A stretch of 64,000 bases of DNA, from contig SVRI01000001.1 of NCBI GenBank assembly GCA_015064895.1, forward strand, positions 1,619 through 65,618, in the 5' to 3' direction. Shown piece by piece: positions 47,243-60,000 of this stretch (position 1 is its first letter; every line of letters begins with the position of its first letter). This DNA comes from Oscillospiraceae bacterium (GTDB lineage: Bacteria > Bacillota > Clostridia > Oscillospirales > CAG-382). The notes below the pieces were generated by a model, which did no database searches, had not been told where the DNA came from, and was given only the letters and a program-made list of their open reading frames with translations. A program made the translations under genes and the position numbers.

Positions 47243-47638
47243 ATGGCACCTACAAAGAAGACTGTTACAAAGAAGCGTAGAGAACGCAAGAACATCGAAA
47301 AGGGTTGTGCACATATCCGCTCTTCTTTCAATAACACAATCGTTACACTTACAGACCTTAACGGTAATGCACTTAGCTGGGCATCTGCCGGCGAAATGGG
47401 CTTCAAGGGCTCCAGAAAGTCTACTCCCTACGCAGCTCAGACTGCAGCTGAAACAGCAGCAAAGCTCGCTATGGAACACGGCCTTAAGACTGTTGAAGTT
47501 TATATTAAGGGCCCCGGTCAGGGACGTGAATCTGCAATCAGAGCACTCCAGACAGCAGGTCTTGAAATCGTTTCCATTAAGGACGTAACACCCATCCCTC
47601 ACAACGGATGCCGTCCTCCCAAGAGAAGACGCGTTTAA
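47243..47638 (+). CDS. rpsK: 30S ribosomal protein S11
   Basis: The translation contains ...[30 protein letters not shown]. Confidence 0.97.
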   Translation: MAPTKKTVTKKRRERKNIEKGCAHIRSSFNNTIVTLTDLNGNALSWASAGEMGFKGSRKSTPYAAQTAAETAAKLAMEHGLKTVEVYIKGPGQGRESAIRALQTAGLEIVSIKDVTPIPHNGCRPPKRRRV

Positions 47639-47699
47639 TTACGGGATAGGACATCAAAACAAATTGTCCGCTTAAAAAGTTTTAAGGAGGAATAAACAA

Positions 47700-48326
47700 A
47701 TGGCTAAATATACAGGCCCCGCTTGCAGACAGTGCCGCAGAGAAGGCGTAAAGCTGTTCAGCAAGGGTGAACGTTGCTATACCGAAAAGTGTGCACTTAA
47801 CAGACGTACAGGTGCTCCCGGCCAGCACGGCGCAGCTCGTAAGAAGGTTGGCGAATACGGTAAGCAGCTTCGTGAAAAGCAGAAGGCAAAGAGATACTAC
47901 GGCATTCCTGAAAAGCAGTTCAGAACATACTTTGAAAAGGCTGACGCTAAGGAAGGTATGACAGGTGAAAACCTTCTCTGCCTCATTGAAAGAAGATTCG
48001 ATAACGTAGTTTACAGAATGGGTATGGGCGAAAGCCGCAGAGATGCAAGACAGCTTGTTGTTCACGGACATTTCGAAGTTAACGGCAAGAAGGCTAACAT
48101 CCCTTCAATGATTCTTAAGGCAGGCGACGTTATCACAGTTAAGGAAACAAGCAGAAAGTCTGAAAAGATCAAGTCTCTTGTTGAAAACATGGAAAACAGA
48201 ACCAGCCCCGCTTGGCTTGAAGTAGACAAGGCAAACGTTGTAGCTAAGATGGTTGCTCTCCCCAAGAGAGAAGACATCGACTTCCCCTTCGAAGAACAGC
48301 TCATCGTCGAACTTTACTCCAAGTAA
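47700..48326 (+). CDS. rpsD: 30S ribosomal protein S4
   Basis: The translation begins [31 protein letters not shown]. Confidence 0.97.
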   Translation: MAKYTGPACRQCRREGVKLFSKGERCYTEKCALNRRTGAPGQHGAARKKVGEYGKQLREKQKAKRYYGIPEKQFRTYFEKADAKEGMTGENLLCLIERRFDNVVYRMGMGESRRDARQLVVHGHFEVNGKKANIPSMILKAGDVITVKETSRKSEKIKSLVENMENRTSPAWLEVDKANVVAKMVALPKREDIDFPFEEQLIVELYSK

Positions 48327-48380
48327 TAAAAAAGCTATTCAATATCGGATGCGGAATCATAAAAAAGGGAGGTTTTAGCA

Positions 48381-49334
48381 ATGATCGAAATAGAAAGACC
48401 GAATATAACTACAGTCGAACTGAAATCCGACGGCTCTTACGGCAAATTTGTAATTGAGCCTCTGGAAAGAGGATATGGCACAACACTCGGTAATTCACTT
48501 CGCAGAGTTCTCCTCAGCTCCCTTCCCGGAGTTGCGGCTACCAGCGTAAAAATTGACGGTGTACTGCACGAAATCTCCATAGTACCCGGTGTAAAAGAAG
48601 ATGTACCGGAAATCATACTCAACATCAAGGCTATCACTGCAAAGCTTCATACAGACAGCCCCAAGACAGTAATCTTGGAAGCAACTGAAGAAGGCGAAAT
48701 TACTGCAGGCGACATCAAGTGCGATGCTGACATCGAAATCCTTAACAAGGATCAGCACATTGCATACCTTGAAGACGGCGGAGTTCTCAGAATGGAAATC
48801 ACATTTGAGCATGGCAGAGGATATGTGTCCGGCGAAAAGAACAAGCTCGCCCTTCAGAATCCCCCCATTGGCCTTATCTGTGTTGACTCAATCTACACAC
48901 CTGTTTACAATGTAAACTACAAGGTTGAAAACACAAGAGTAGGTAATGTGACAGACTTCGACAAGCTCACTCTTGAAGTATTGACAGACGGCACAATCTC
49001 GGCAAAGGAAGCTATATCCTTAGCTGCCAAGATTCTCAATGAGCATCTCAGTCTGTTTATAGACTTGTCAGATGACGCCAAAAAGGCGGAAATTATGGTT
49101 GACCGTCAGGAAACCATAAAGGAAAAAGTATTGGAGATGACTATTGAGGAGCTTGACATGTCTGTTCGTTCCTTCAACTGTTTGAAGAGAGCAGGCATCG
49201 ATACAGTCGAAGACCTCGTGAACAAGACAGAGGACGATATGATCAAGGTGAGAAACCTTGGTAAGAAGTCTCTCGAGGAAGTTATTCAGAAGCTTCATTC
49301 ACTTGGTTTGTCCCTCAAGAAGGACGAAGACTAA
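48381..49334 (+). CDS. rpoA: DNA-directed RNA polymerase subunit alpha
   Basis: The translation contains ...[28 protein letters not shown]..., with ...[22 protein letters not shown] in the C-terminal domain. Confidence 0.97.
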   Translation: MIEIERPNITTVELKSDGSYGKFVIEPLERGYGTTLGNSLRRVLLSSLPGVAATSVKIDGVLHEISIVPGVKEDVPEIILNIKAITAKLHTDSPKTVILEATEEGEITAGDIKCDADIEILNKDQHIAYLEDGGVLRMEITFEHGRGYVSGEKNKLALQNPPIGLICVDSIYTPVYNVNYKVENTRVGNVTDFDKLTLEVLTDGTISAKEAISLAAKILNEHLSLFIDLSDDAKKAEIMVDRQETIKEKVLEMTIEELDMSVRSFNCLKRAGIDTVEDLVNKTEDDMIKVRNLGKKSLEEVIQKLHSLGLSLKKDED

Positions 49335-49391
49335 TTTTTCCACATCAGTTTGGTTAAATGACCATTATACTCTAAAAGGAGGAAATGAATA

Positions 49392-49736
49392 ATGCCCGGA
49401 ACAAGAAAACTCGGACGTACTACAGACATCAGAATGTCTATGCTCAGAGGCCTTGTAACATATCTGCTTGAAAACGGCAGACTTGAAACAACAGTTTACA
49501 GAGCTAAGGAAGTTCGTGCACTTGCAGATAAAATGATCACACTTGGCAAGAAGAACACTCTCGCTTCTAAGCGTCAGGCTCTTGCTTTCATCACAAAGGA
49601 AGAAGTTGTAGTTAAGCTCTTTAACGAAATCGCTCCTTCTTATGCCGACAGAAACGGCGGCTACACCAGAGTCCTCAAGATTGGACCCAGACGTGGCGAC
49701 GGTGCTGAAATGGCAATCATTGAATTAGTTAAGTAA
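49392..49736 (+). CDS. rplQ: 50S ribosomal protein L17
   Basis: The translation begins [34 protein letters not shown]. Confidence 0.97.
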   Translation: MPGTRKLGRTTDIRMSMLRGLVTYLLENGRLETTVYRAKEVRALADKMITLGKKNTLASKRQALAFITKEEVVVKLFNEIAPSYADRNGGYTRVLKIGPRRGDGAEMAIIELVK

Positions 49737-49743
49737 TTCATAA

Positions 49744-49777
49744 CACCGCAGACTTAGTGTCTGCGGTGCTTTTTTTA
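49744..49777 (+). terminator. rho-independent terminator of the alpha operon
   Basis: CACCGCAGAC-TTAGT-GTCTGCGGTG is followed by CTTTTTTT. Confidence 0.9.
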
Positions 49778-49838
49778 ACGAAAAAAGACCGACTTGTATC
49801 ATCTTTTTTGCATTTGTGTAAATTAAAACCTTATCTCG

Positions 49839-49866
49839 TTGACAAAAACAAACGGCAATATATAAT
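49839..49866 (+). promoter_or_regulatory. sigma-A promoter candidate for the membrane-protein gene
   Basis: TTGACA (49839-49844), a 16-nt spacer, then TATAAT (49861-49866). Confidence 0.55.
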
Positions 49867-49923
49867 ATTTATATACTGTATTGCAAAACTTTGCGATAAT
49901 TTATAATTGAATGAGGAACTGAT

Positions 49924-50736
49924 ATGACAGAGATTAACGTAAAACGTATAAAATTGTTTTTTGTCGTTTTATCCGCAATTGCACTTGCGGTAGGGGTGTT
50001 CAGAACGATTATTCTGCTCAACTACATTGAACCTGATACCGGATTTTATATTTCGGGTACAAATGTTGATGTGGTTTTTAACTGTGTACTCGGTGCACTT
50101 ATAATTGCAATTCTCGTTTGCGGTTTTCTTGTAAGAAAATATGAAGCACCTGATTTTTTGGATTCGCATAGTACCGTCGTGGTTTTCTCTTCTGCCGTCT
50201 GTGCGTTTTTGTATGTGACCGTCGCTATTTATGGCGTTTATATGTTTGCAACAGCGACGGAATTTCGTCCGTTTCTCGCGGCTCAGGTGGTTCTTGCCAT
50301 TCCTTGTGCACTGAATCATGTGTTTATCTGTTCAAAGGAAGTGCGTGAAAAGAATGCGCCCCAGTCCTTGCTTGCCATGTCCGAGGCACTTTTCTTTGCC
50401 GTTAGAACGGTAGAGGTTTTCATGGACACAAAAAGTCAGATTAATACTTCTCAAAGGTCTATTGTGCTGATAATGCTTTGTACAATGATGCTGTTCTTTA
50501 TGTACGAAGCCAAGTTCCAGATAAGAAATGAGGATACGAAACCTGTATCTGTGGCAAACTATTTTATGTGCGGAGTCGGAACGGTTGCCCTTACACTTGT
50601 TACCGTTTTGCCTTACCTTGCTGTGTGTCTCTTCTGGCATTTTGAGTCGCACAATATTATTCTTGATGTGCTTGAGTGCTGCATTGTGATTTATGCCGCT
50701 TCACGCATGCTGACACTGCGCAGTTCGGCCAAATAA
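49924..50736 (+). CDS. hypothetical polytopic membrane protein
   Basis: The 270-aa ORF has seven to eight hydrophobic segments. GAGGAA lies upstream. I recognise no family. Confidence 0.65.
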   Translation: MTEINVKRIKLFFVVLSAIALAVGVFRTIILLNYIEPDTGFYISGTNVDVVFNCVLGALIIAILVCGFLVRKYEAPDFLDSHSTVVVFSSAVCAFLYVTVAIYGVYMFATATEFRPFLAAQVVLAIPCALNHVFICSKEVREKNAPQSLLAMSEALFFAVRTVEVFMDTKSQINTSQRSIVLIMLCTMMLFFMYEAKFQIRNEDTKPVSVANYFMCGVGTVALTLVTVLPYLAVCLFWHFESHNIILDVLECCIVIYAASRMLTLRSSAK

Positions 50737-50750
50737 TAGAATAACTTTTA

Positions 50751-50788
50751 ACACACCGTCCTGAAAAAAACAGACGGTGTGTTTTTTA
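50751..50788 (+). terminator. rho-independent terminator
   Basis: ACACACCGTC-N12-GACGGTGTGT is followed by TTTTT. Confidence 0.85.
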
Positions 50789-50944
50789 CAAAAGTAAACA
50801 TTTTTTGACTCAAAAGGAAATAAACCATATAAAAATTCAAAATCAACTATATATAGTGATGAAATTTTACCGAAACAATATATTTTGTGTCTATAAAATG
50901 AAAAGCGAAAAATAAAGCATAGCTTAAAAAAATATTCAATTATC

Positions 50945-50973
50945 TTGACAATTGGGGGTTGTTCGTATATAAT
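50945..50973 (+). promoter_or_regulatory. perfect-consensus sigma-A promoter of the giant surface-protein gene
   Basis: TTGACA (50945-50950), a 17-nt spacer, then TATAAT (50968-50973). A roughly 75-nt leader runs to AAAGGAG and ATG 51054. Confidence 0.7.
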
Positions 50974-51053
50974 AGATGTGTAATTCCATATGTATAACTA
51001 TGCCCTTTTTTAGGGAATGGTCGTGCAAATCTATCTAAAAGGAGTGCAAATCC

Positions 51054-54000
51054 ATGAAAAAAGCGTTAAGCATACTTTTGTGCTTGGCAATGCTCGTGTC
51101 TACTGTTCCGATGTCCGTATTTGCGGCACCGTCAGCAGTAACAGCAGGCGATTCGGCTGATGAATTCGTCCTCGAGCTTCCTGAAGAAACACAGGAAAAC
51201 GACAGCGTAGAAGCAGAACTCGCTGCCGAAGGTACTGTTTTGCCCATAAAGGTGTTACCTAAAGACGGCGAAATGGTTGACAGAAGATACCCCGTTGCAT
51301 ACTACACATTCGGCAAGAGTGTGAAGATTGATGCAGCAGACGTTACGGTTGAAAATATCGGTAACGATGCAGTAGGCGGCGTATACTTTGATGAAGAAAC
51401 AAACACAATCTGGGTATTCCCTGCAAAGCCCATGTCTACAGTTTATGCGACCAATAAGGTAAGCTACGAAGCTTGGACATCCAATATTGCAGCGGAAGAC
51501 GGCTCACTCCTTTCTTTCCCCGGTGTGAACTTCGACCTTGATACAGAAATTCCCAACGACGGTAAGAACATTGTTCCCTTCGGTGATATGGAATACGGCT
51601 GGTCTCCTTTTGACCTTGCCGAAACAAGCGGCGAAGGGCAGTTCAGCGTTGTGGAAGATCCTACAAACCCTGACAACCACGTTGTTCTCCGTACATGGAA
51701 GAGCGGCGCTTCCAAGTGGCCTCATGCTCGTGCAGATGTTGCATGGACTCCCGGCTCTACTTATAAGATTGTTGCCAAAGTCATGGTTAAGAACTTTATA
51801 AATGACGCCGGTACGGTAGCTCCCTCAGGTAGCTCTACCATCACACCTGACCTCATTTATTACGTTCCTTCCTTTACTTGTACAGGTGACAGAGCTCACG
51901 AAGGTCAGACAGGTACAGTATGTACACAGTGTCAGGCTCCTGTAGACAGAGAACACGAGACATCTTTTGTTGACCATATGATTCAGGATAAGGCTGCAAA
52001 TGTTTCTGTAACAAGCGGTATTTCCAACGGTTGGCAGACAATTGAAGTTACTGATGTTGTTGCAAGAACAAATCTTGATGTAGAAGAACCCCGTGCTCTC
52101 TCTCTCTACTCCAATCCTTACGGAAGCTATGCAACAGAGTTTTACATTGACGATGTTGAAGTATATGAACGTATAAATGTTACATATGCGGCAGGCAGAT
52201 ACACAGAATCTGTCGGTAGAGGTGTAGCTGTTAAGAGATGCTATGTCGGCGACACATTTGAACTTCCTCTTACAATCGATGCCAGAGGCAGAAACGGCTT
52301 TAAGTCTACTAACGAAAAATATGTAATTGACGGTTGGACAGACGGTACAAATGTATACGCTGAAGGCGAAGAATATACAGTTACAGGTCCCATTACCCTT
52401 ACTCCTAACGTAGTTCCCGCAGGTGACGGATACAAGGTTAACTTCTCTGTCTCCGAAGAGTTTGAAGATTACTACGCAGGTCCCGGTTTTGTTTCTGTTG
52501 CTTTAGGTGAAAATGTTGACCTTACAGCAGAAGAATTTGAACTCGGTGTTCCTGTTGGTTACTCCGTACTCGGCTGGAAGAATGTTGCAACAGGTGAATT
52601 TGTAACAAGCGTTTCCGGTGCAAACAACGAAGTGATTAACCTTGAAGCTGTATTTGAACTCAGAACAGGTATTGTTATTGATACAGAGGCAAAGGCGGCA
52701 GAACTTAAGTCCGGTGCAATTACTGCATTTGATGACACAGTTCCCGGTCTTAAGGTTACTCCTACCGGCAAGGATCCTTTCGTCGTATTTGACAACCTTG
52801 CAATTGATGCTGAAGAATACTCCTTTGTAGACGTTACATATGTTGCAAATGATACTCTCACAGCAGCAAACGGCGGTTTTGTATACATTGATTCCGATAC
52901 TTCCAAGAGTGCGGCAGGTGCAAAGCATTCTGAAGACGCAGGTCTTGTAACATACAGATATGACCTCGCGGCAAACGAAGCATGGATTGATACTTGCTCT
53001 TCCATCAGAATCGATCCTTATAATGACACTGCGGAATTTACAGTAACAGAAATTCAGTTCGTAAAGAATGAAGTTGTTGCTGAAATCGAAATTTCCGATC
53101 TCACAGCTCCCGTAATCAGTGCTGTTCCCGACATGGAAGCAGAAGTTCCTGCTGATGCTCCTTACGAAATCGTAAGTGTTGTGTGGGAACCCGAAGCAGA
53201 GTACTTCAAGGGCGCTACAGAATATACAGCTGCTGTTGAACTCGCAATCAACAAGAGCGGCTATATGTTCACAGAAGATACAACAGCACTCCTGAATGGT
53301 GAAAATGCTGATGCAGTTGTTTCTGCAAAAACTGCAACAGTTACATATACATTCCCCGCAACAGAGGCTCCCAAGGCTATAACAATTACACTTACAAGTG
53401 CTGATGCAATTACAGTTAACGACGGCACACTTGCTCTTGAAGCAGCTATTGCTCCCGTAAATTCAGGTGATGTTATTCTCCCTGATACATATACATGGGC
53501 AATCACAGGCGGCGATAACGACATTGCAACTCTCGAAGGTAATGTTCTTACAGCTAAGTGGAACGGTACGGTTGAAGTAACTGCTACACCTGATTATGAT
53601 GTGAGCCAGGCACAGGCATTTAACATCACAATTACAGGTCAGACAGGCTTCACTGTAACATATGATAAGAACACAGGCGCAGATGTTGAAAACATGCCCG
53701 AAAACGACAGAGCCAAGAAGGATTACACGATTTCTTCCAAGGTTCCGACTCGTGAAGGCTTCTCATTCGGCGGCTGGATGCTCTCTCCCGATGCAGATGT
53801 TACTGTAACAGATCTTAAGGTTACAAAAGACACAACCCTTTATGCAAAGTGGTTGAAGGGCGGATATGTTGCACACTTTGATAACGAAGGCGATGCAATT
53901 TCAAGCAGCGATGCATATGTTGTAGCTCTTGCTGACGGCAACAAGTTTGGTGCAAACGGTGCAAAGCACACAGAAAGCGTTACTCTTGACGTTGAAAACA

Positions 54001-57000
54001 GCGAATTTGCAATCAAGCTTAACGGCGGTAACGACTTCTATATGACTCTTACTGCAGGTTCTGCAAAGGCAATCAATCTTGATAACGTTTCTGCTGTCGA
54101 ATACGGCTTCAGAACAGATGCAAAGGGCAACTTTGGATGCACGCTCTATTACGCTACTAAGGATGAAAACGGCGAATGGATTGCTCCCGACCACGCTACA
54201 GGCGGTCAGACATACATTGACAACTCTATCCCAAACCAGAGTATTGCTGTAGACGGCAATGTCAATACACTTTATAAGTTCCGTATTGATACGAGTGCAA
54301 GAGATGTATTCAGTGGTTATCTCCACCATGTACGTCTCGACATCGAAAACAGTGCAAGTTTCCCCGGCAAGACAGTTTATATTGATTATGTAAAGCTTAT
54401 CGGTGCAGAATCTGTTGAAAACATCGAACTCGATATTACAGCTCCCAAGGCATCCGATGAAGTATACGGTCTCGATTCCGTAAATACAGCCTCCGGCAAG
54501 TATGAAGTAAAGAGCATCACGTGGGAAGGTCCCGAACTTGTTGACGGCAAGTACTATGCAGGCTCTGCTGCTTATACAGCAAAGGTTGAAATCGAAGCTG
54601 CAGCCGGTTATGCTCTTTCCGACAAGCCCATGTCCGTAACAGTAAACGGCGAAGATGCGGAAATAGCAGTTAACGGAAACAAGGCAACAGTTACATATAC
54701 ATTCCCCGCAACAGAAGATCTCATTGATATACAGCTCGGTGTTAAGGTTAAGGATAATGCTCCTGCAGAAATCACAACTTCCCTTGGCACACTTCAGCTC
54801 GAACATGCAGTTCGTTTTGATGCTTCTTCCGGTGTAGTTCCCAACGGTGAAGTTTACTGGTCCATTGATCCTTCACAGAAGAAGTACGGTTGGGTTGATG
54901 CTAACGGTTTGGTTACAGGTAATACAGACTGTGAAGAACTTATCGTTACAGCAACATCCAAGTATGACCCCAGCGTTAAGGCTTCCATAGCTATTAAGGT
55001 AACAGGTCAGATTCCCGAAAAGAACATATACTTTGAAGCAGGTACCGGTGAAACAGTCAACAATCTTCCCGCACCTACACTTGCAAAGGATGAATATGAA
55101 CTTCCCAATGACGTAATTCCTACAAGAACAAACTACGTATTCAAGGGTTGGTCTAAGGAAATCGGCGGCGAAATCATCAAGGTTGATGATGTTAAGCAGG
55201 ATACAACATACTACGCAGTATGGGGCTCTTACGTTGGCGAAGAAATGACAGGCACCAACTTTGCGTTTAATACCAGCGGCGGCACCAAGACATTTACCGA
55301 CGGTATTATGACAATGGTTCCTACAAACACTTTGATCAAAGAAGGTTTTGCTTTCGAAAAGGAAAATATTACTTTCAGAGAAGGCAGAAGAAATGTAAAG
55401 GTTGTTACAAGCGAAGTTGATTACCTCGAAATTAAGACAACTATTGCTCCCGACGAACTCGAAATCTGCGTATATACACAGAACGCAGACGCTAACGGCA
55501 ATAAACTTTCTTCTTGGGAAGAATCTGCAAACACAAGATTCTACTCCAACAAGAGAGATGCGGCAAATAACCCCAACCAGGATATCTCCAAGTATGTTGA
55601 AAAGCAGGGCGACTGGTACATCTACAAGCTTCCTGCAAAGCTCTTCAAGAACTGGTCTGAATATCTTTACAGATTAAGACTCAACTTCATCAGACGTGAT
55701 GTTGATGCTACAACTTCAAACGAAAGCTCTTACCTTCCTTTTGCTGACGGAACAGAAGTTAGGTTTGACTATATCAGATTTGTAGGCAGAGATATTCCTG
55801 CAATGGATATCACAGGCATCGCGGCTCCTACAGTTAAGGGTGAAGCGGCTACAACAGCAACCGTCAAGCAGAACGATGCGTTCAAGATTACAAGCATGGA
55901 ATGGTCTCCTGCACTTCTTGGCGGCATCTTCTTCGGAAGCGGCGAAGAATACACAGTTACAGTTAACGTTGAGATTCTTAAGGGCTATAAGGCATTCTCC
56001 AATCCTCCCGCAAGAGTAACAATCAACGGTAAGGAAGCTGTTTACTCAAGATTCAACGATACAAAGGCGACTATCACATATACATTCCCCGCAACAGAAG
56101 ACATCGGCGAACTTGATCTTGTTAACGTAAACTTGCATGAAACAAACGACTTTGGCACAGTAACAGAAACAAAGCAGATCTTCTCCGGTGACGACTTCAA
56201 TCTTGATAAGTTCAGCGCAACCAACAATCCTACAGGTAAGAGATGGATCGGTTGGTCTGAAACAGACGGCGGCGAACTTATTTCAGGCACAATCAACATC
56301 ACAGAAGATGCTGATTACTATGCTTACTATGAAGACATCACAGGTTATGACTTCTCCAATAAGTATCATAAGAACGAAAAGAATGTTAAGGCAAGCAACG
56401 GTACGGCTTCATTTGACGGTGCTTGGGTAGTTGTAACTCCCGACACTGACACTTCCAGTGCAGTTCTTACACTTGACGGCATGAACATTTCTTCTGCTGA
56501 TTATGATCTTATCGAAATCATCTATGACGGCAGTCTTGAAGATGCTAACAACGATAACAAGTTCAATGAAAACTTTGCCCCCGTACTCAAGGTTAACGGC
56601 ACAATGCCCGTTGCACTTGTTAAGGCAGAACCCGTTATTGCAAGCAACAGAGTATCTTATAAGTATACTTACGACCTTACAGTAAACGGTAAGCCTGATG
56701 TTATCGGCTCCTTCGACCTTGCTCCTTACACAGGCAACCCCGCATGGGCAGTAACGAGTGTTATGCTTGTTCCCAATGCAGAACTTGAAGAAGCAGTAGA
56801 AATCAAGGGCATCAAGGCACCTGAAACATGGCTCATGCCCGACGTAAGTGCCGAAGCAAGTGAAGGCTATGAAATCGAATCCATCGCTTGGAATTCAGCA
56901 GAAGGCTTCAATGATGACGGCTCTTATAAGTCTGAAACAGAATACACAGTAACAATCATCGTTAGTGCTACAACAGGTAACAAGATTATTGTTGAAGATG

Positions 57001-60000
57001 CAATAATTGACGGTGTAGCAGTTGACAGTGCAACTCTCGGTGCAAACGGCAAGCTCACAATCACAAAGACATATCCTGAAACAGAAGCACTTATTCCCTT
57101 CGAACTTACAGTTGCTGATGCTGAAATCACAGTTGCAGACGGCACAGTACAGCTCGTTCCCACATTTACTCCTGCAATTGAAGTAAACACAGTTAAGTGG
57201 GAAATCGTTGAAAACGGTCCCGAAGGCAAGAGCGCAACAATTGATGAAAACGGTGTTGTTAAGGCATTCTTTGACGGTACTGTAAAGGTTAAGGCAACTT
57301 CCGATTACAATCCTCTTATATCTGCCGAAGCAACAGTTACAATCACTAACCAGATTGCTTTCTACAATGTAACATTTAACCCCAACACAACAGGTGTTGT
57401 AACAAATATGCCTGCTAATGCAAAGGTTAAGCTTGACTATGTGCTTCCCACCGAAGTTCCCGTACGTGAAGGCTTCAGCTTCGCAGGTTGGGTTAAGTCT
57501 CCTACAGACACTGCTTCCATCACAAAGGACTATGTAACAAAGGATACAACATACTACGCTCTTTGGGTAAGAGGTCTCCACTTTGAATTCTTCGATCCCA
57601 GAGAAAAGATGGATACTCACAAGCAAAGAAGCGAAGAAGTATATGACTATGAAAACGGTACATACTCCTACGTTCTTTCCGGTACTGACCCTCAGATGTA
57701 CATCAAGGCAACTGATGGATATCTTCCTGGCAAGCCCGAGTCTCCTTACGGTCTCTTTGACGGTAATGATTACAGAATCCTTGACATCAGAATGAAGACC
57801 AGCGAACCTAAGAACTTCAACTACGGTATGTACTTCGAATCCGTAGACAGAAACGGTAAGGTTCTCGGCCCGCCCTACTCTCAGGATCCCGGCAGATATG
57901 TTGCTAACTTTGTAAGACCCAAGTATGCAACAGGTCCCGATGAATATACAAATATTATTCTCGATATGGGATCAAAGAGTGACTGGACAGACGGTTATCC
58001 CACAATTCTCCGTATCGACTTCCCCGATGACGGTACAAATGCTTCTGTCGGCATAAGATATACAATCGACTACATCAGACTTGTTAACTATGAAACAAGC
58101 GTAATCGAAGTAACAGGTATCGACGTTCCTGTAGCAAAGGCTACAGCCGACACAACAGCAGTTTCCAAGGACACTTCCAAGTACGTTGTTACAGACGTTT
58201 CATGGGAAGGCGGTCTCATCTATGACTACTACTTCGGCGGCGAAACAGAATACACAGTATGCGTAACTGTTAAGGGTGCTCCCGGTTACTTCGTATCCGA
58301 TGCTCCCGTTAAGGCAACTGTTAACGGCAATAACGTAACAAGCACATCCTACAATGCTGCTACAGGTGAACTTACACTTAAGTACACATTTGCTGCAACA
58401 GGTGCAGTAGACAACGACACAGCTCACGTTCTTACTCTTTACGGCAAGGACGACAATGGCTACAGCGTTGCTGAAGAAAGAACAATCTTCGAAGGCAACA
58501 CATTTGATCTCGGAACATATGCTCCTGCAAACATTCCTTCCGGTAAGAGATGGATTGGTTGGTCTGAAGAAGCAAGTGCTACTGAAAATACAGCACCTTC
58601 TGTAATCACGGTTACAGAACCCATGACATTCTATGCAGTATTTGAAGACCTTGTTGAATTTGACTACAGCAACTATTACCACCAGTTCGGCACAACAGTT
58701 AAGGCTGGTACTTCCGAACTCAAGTTTGAAGACGGTCTTGCAGTTGTATGTCCTAACGATGTCGAACTCGATACAGCTCTTATTACTCCTGTTATGAACG
58801 TAGCAGGTAAGGATTTCAGCCTTGTTGAAGTTTACTACAGCTCAACTCTTGATTCCGTAAACAAGGGCACAAGATATGACAACCTCTTCAGCTCGGTTCT
58901 CAATCCTAAGCTCAAGTTCTCCACAACAGATGCTCCCACGGATTACTCCTATTCAGGTGTTCTCCTTAAGGCTGAAAAGGAATCACATAACGGTAAGTCC
59001 TTCATGAAGTACACCTACGATATGTCCGGTGTTTCTGAATGGGCAGGCAATAATATTGCTAGCTTCTACCTTGATCCTTACAACGGCTTCCCGAACTGGG
59101 GCGTAGGTCTTATCAGACTCGTTGAAAACGAAGAACTTACAGATGCAGCAGAAATCAAGCTCGCAGCACCTGAAGCATGGGAAGTTCCCGATATTGCTGA
59201 TAACGCTGATATCAACGACAAGTACGAAATTACAGATCTTGTTTGGAATCCCGTATCCGACACATTTGCAGCAGGCGTATCTTACACAGTTAAGGTTACA
59301 TACAAGCCTGTAGCAGGTTACAAGGTAACATCTCCTGCAGCTACAATCAACGGCGAAACTGCAACAGTTACCGATAACGGCAACGGAACATTCACAGCTA
59401 CATACGTATTTGAGGCAACAGATGAACTCAAGGATGTAAAGGTTGTAATTTCCGGTAATAAGGAAATCAAGTCCAAGGGCAGATATCTTGAACTCAAGGG
59501 CGAAACAGTTGCACTTGACGGCTCCGATATCCCCGTAACAGATGTAACATGGTCTATTAAGTCCAAGGGTACAGACGTTGAACTTGCTACAATTTCTGAA
59601 AACGGCAGAATCTATCCTCTCAGCAACGGTACAGTAATTGTTACAGCAACTTCCGTATACAACCCCAAGGTTTATGCTACATACGAAGTTAAGATTTCCA
59701 ACCAGGCAGACCTTGTTAAGGTAACCTTCGATAAGAATACACATGCAGAAGTTCAGGGTATGCCCGAAGCAGTATACGTATACGGCAACTTTGAACCCGA
59801 ACTCTACAATATCACAAGAGACGGCTTCTTCTTCCTTGGATGGTCTGTAGATGAAGATGCTCTCGAACCCGATAAGTCATTCAATATTACAAAAGACACA
59901 ACCCTCTACGCTAAGTGGGGTGCAGGTTATGAACTTTCGTTCAACGATGCAAGCTCTGCTCTTAAGGCTAACCTTAGAGACGTAACCTTCAAGGACGGTA

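Noticed and set aside
53901-54806. Long minus-strand ORFs inside the giant gene (301 aa here; also 56895-57626, 58983-59744, 61116-61685)
   Set aside because: They are Cys/Val-rich antisense shadows of a strongly codon-biased plus-strand gene with a signal peptide and recognisable domains.
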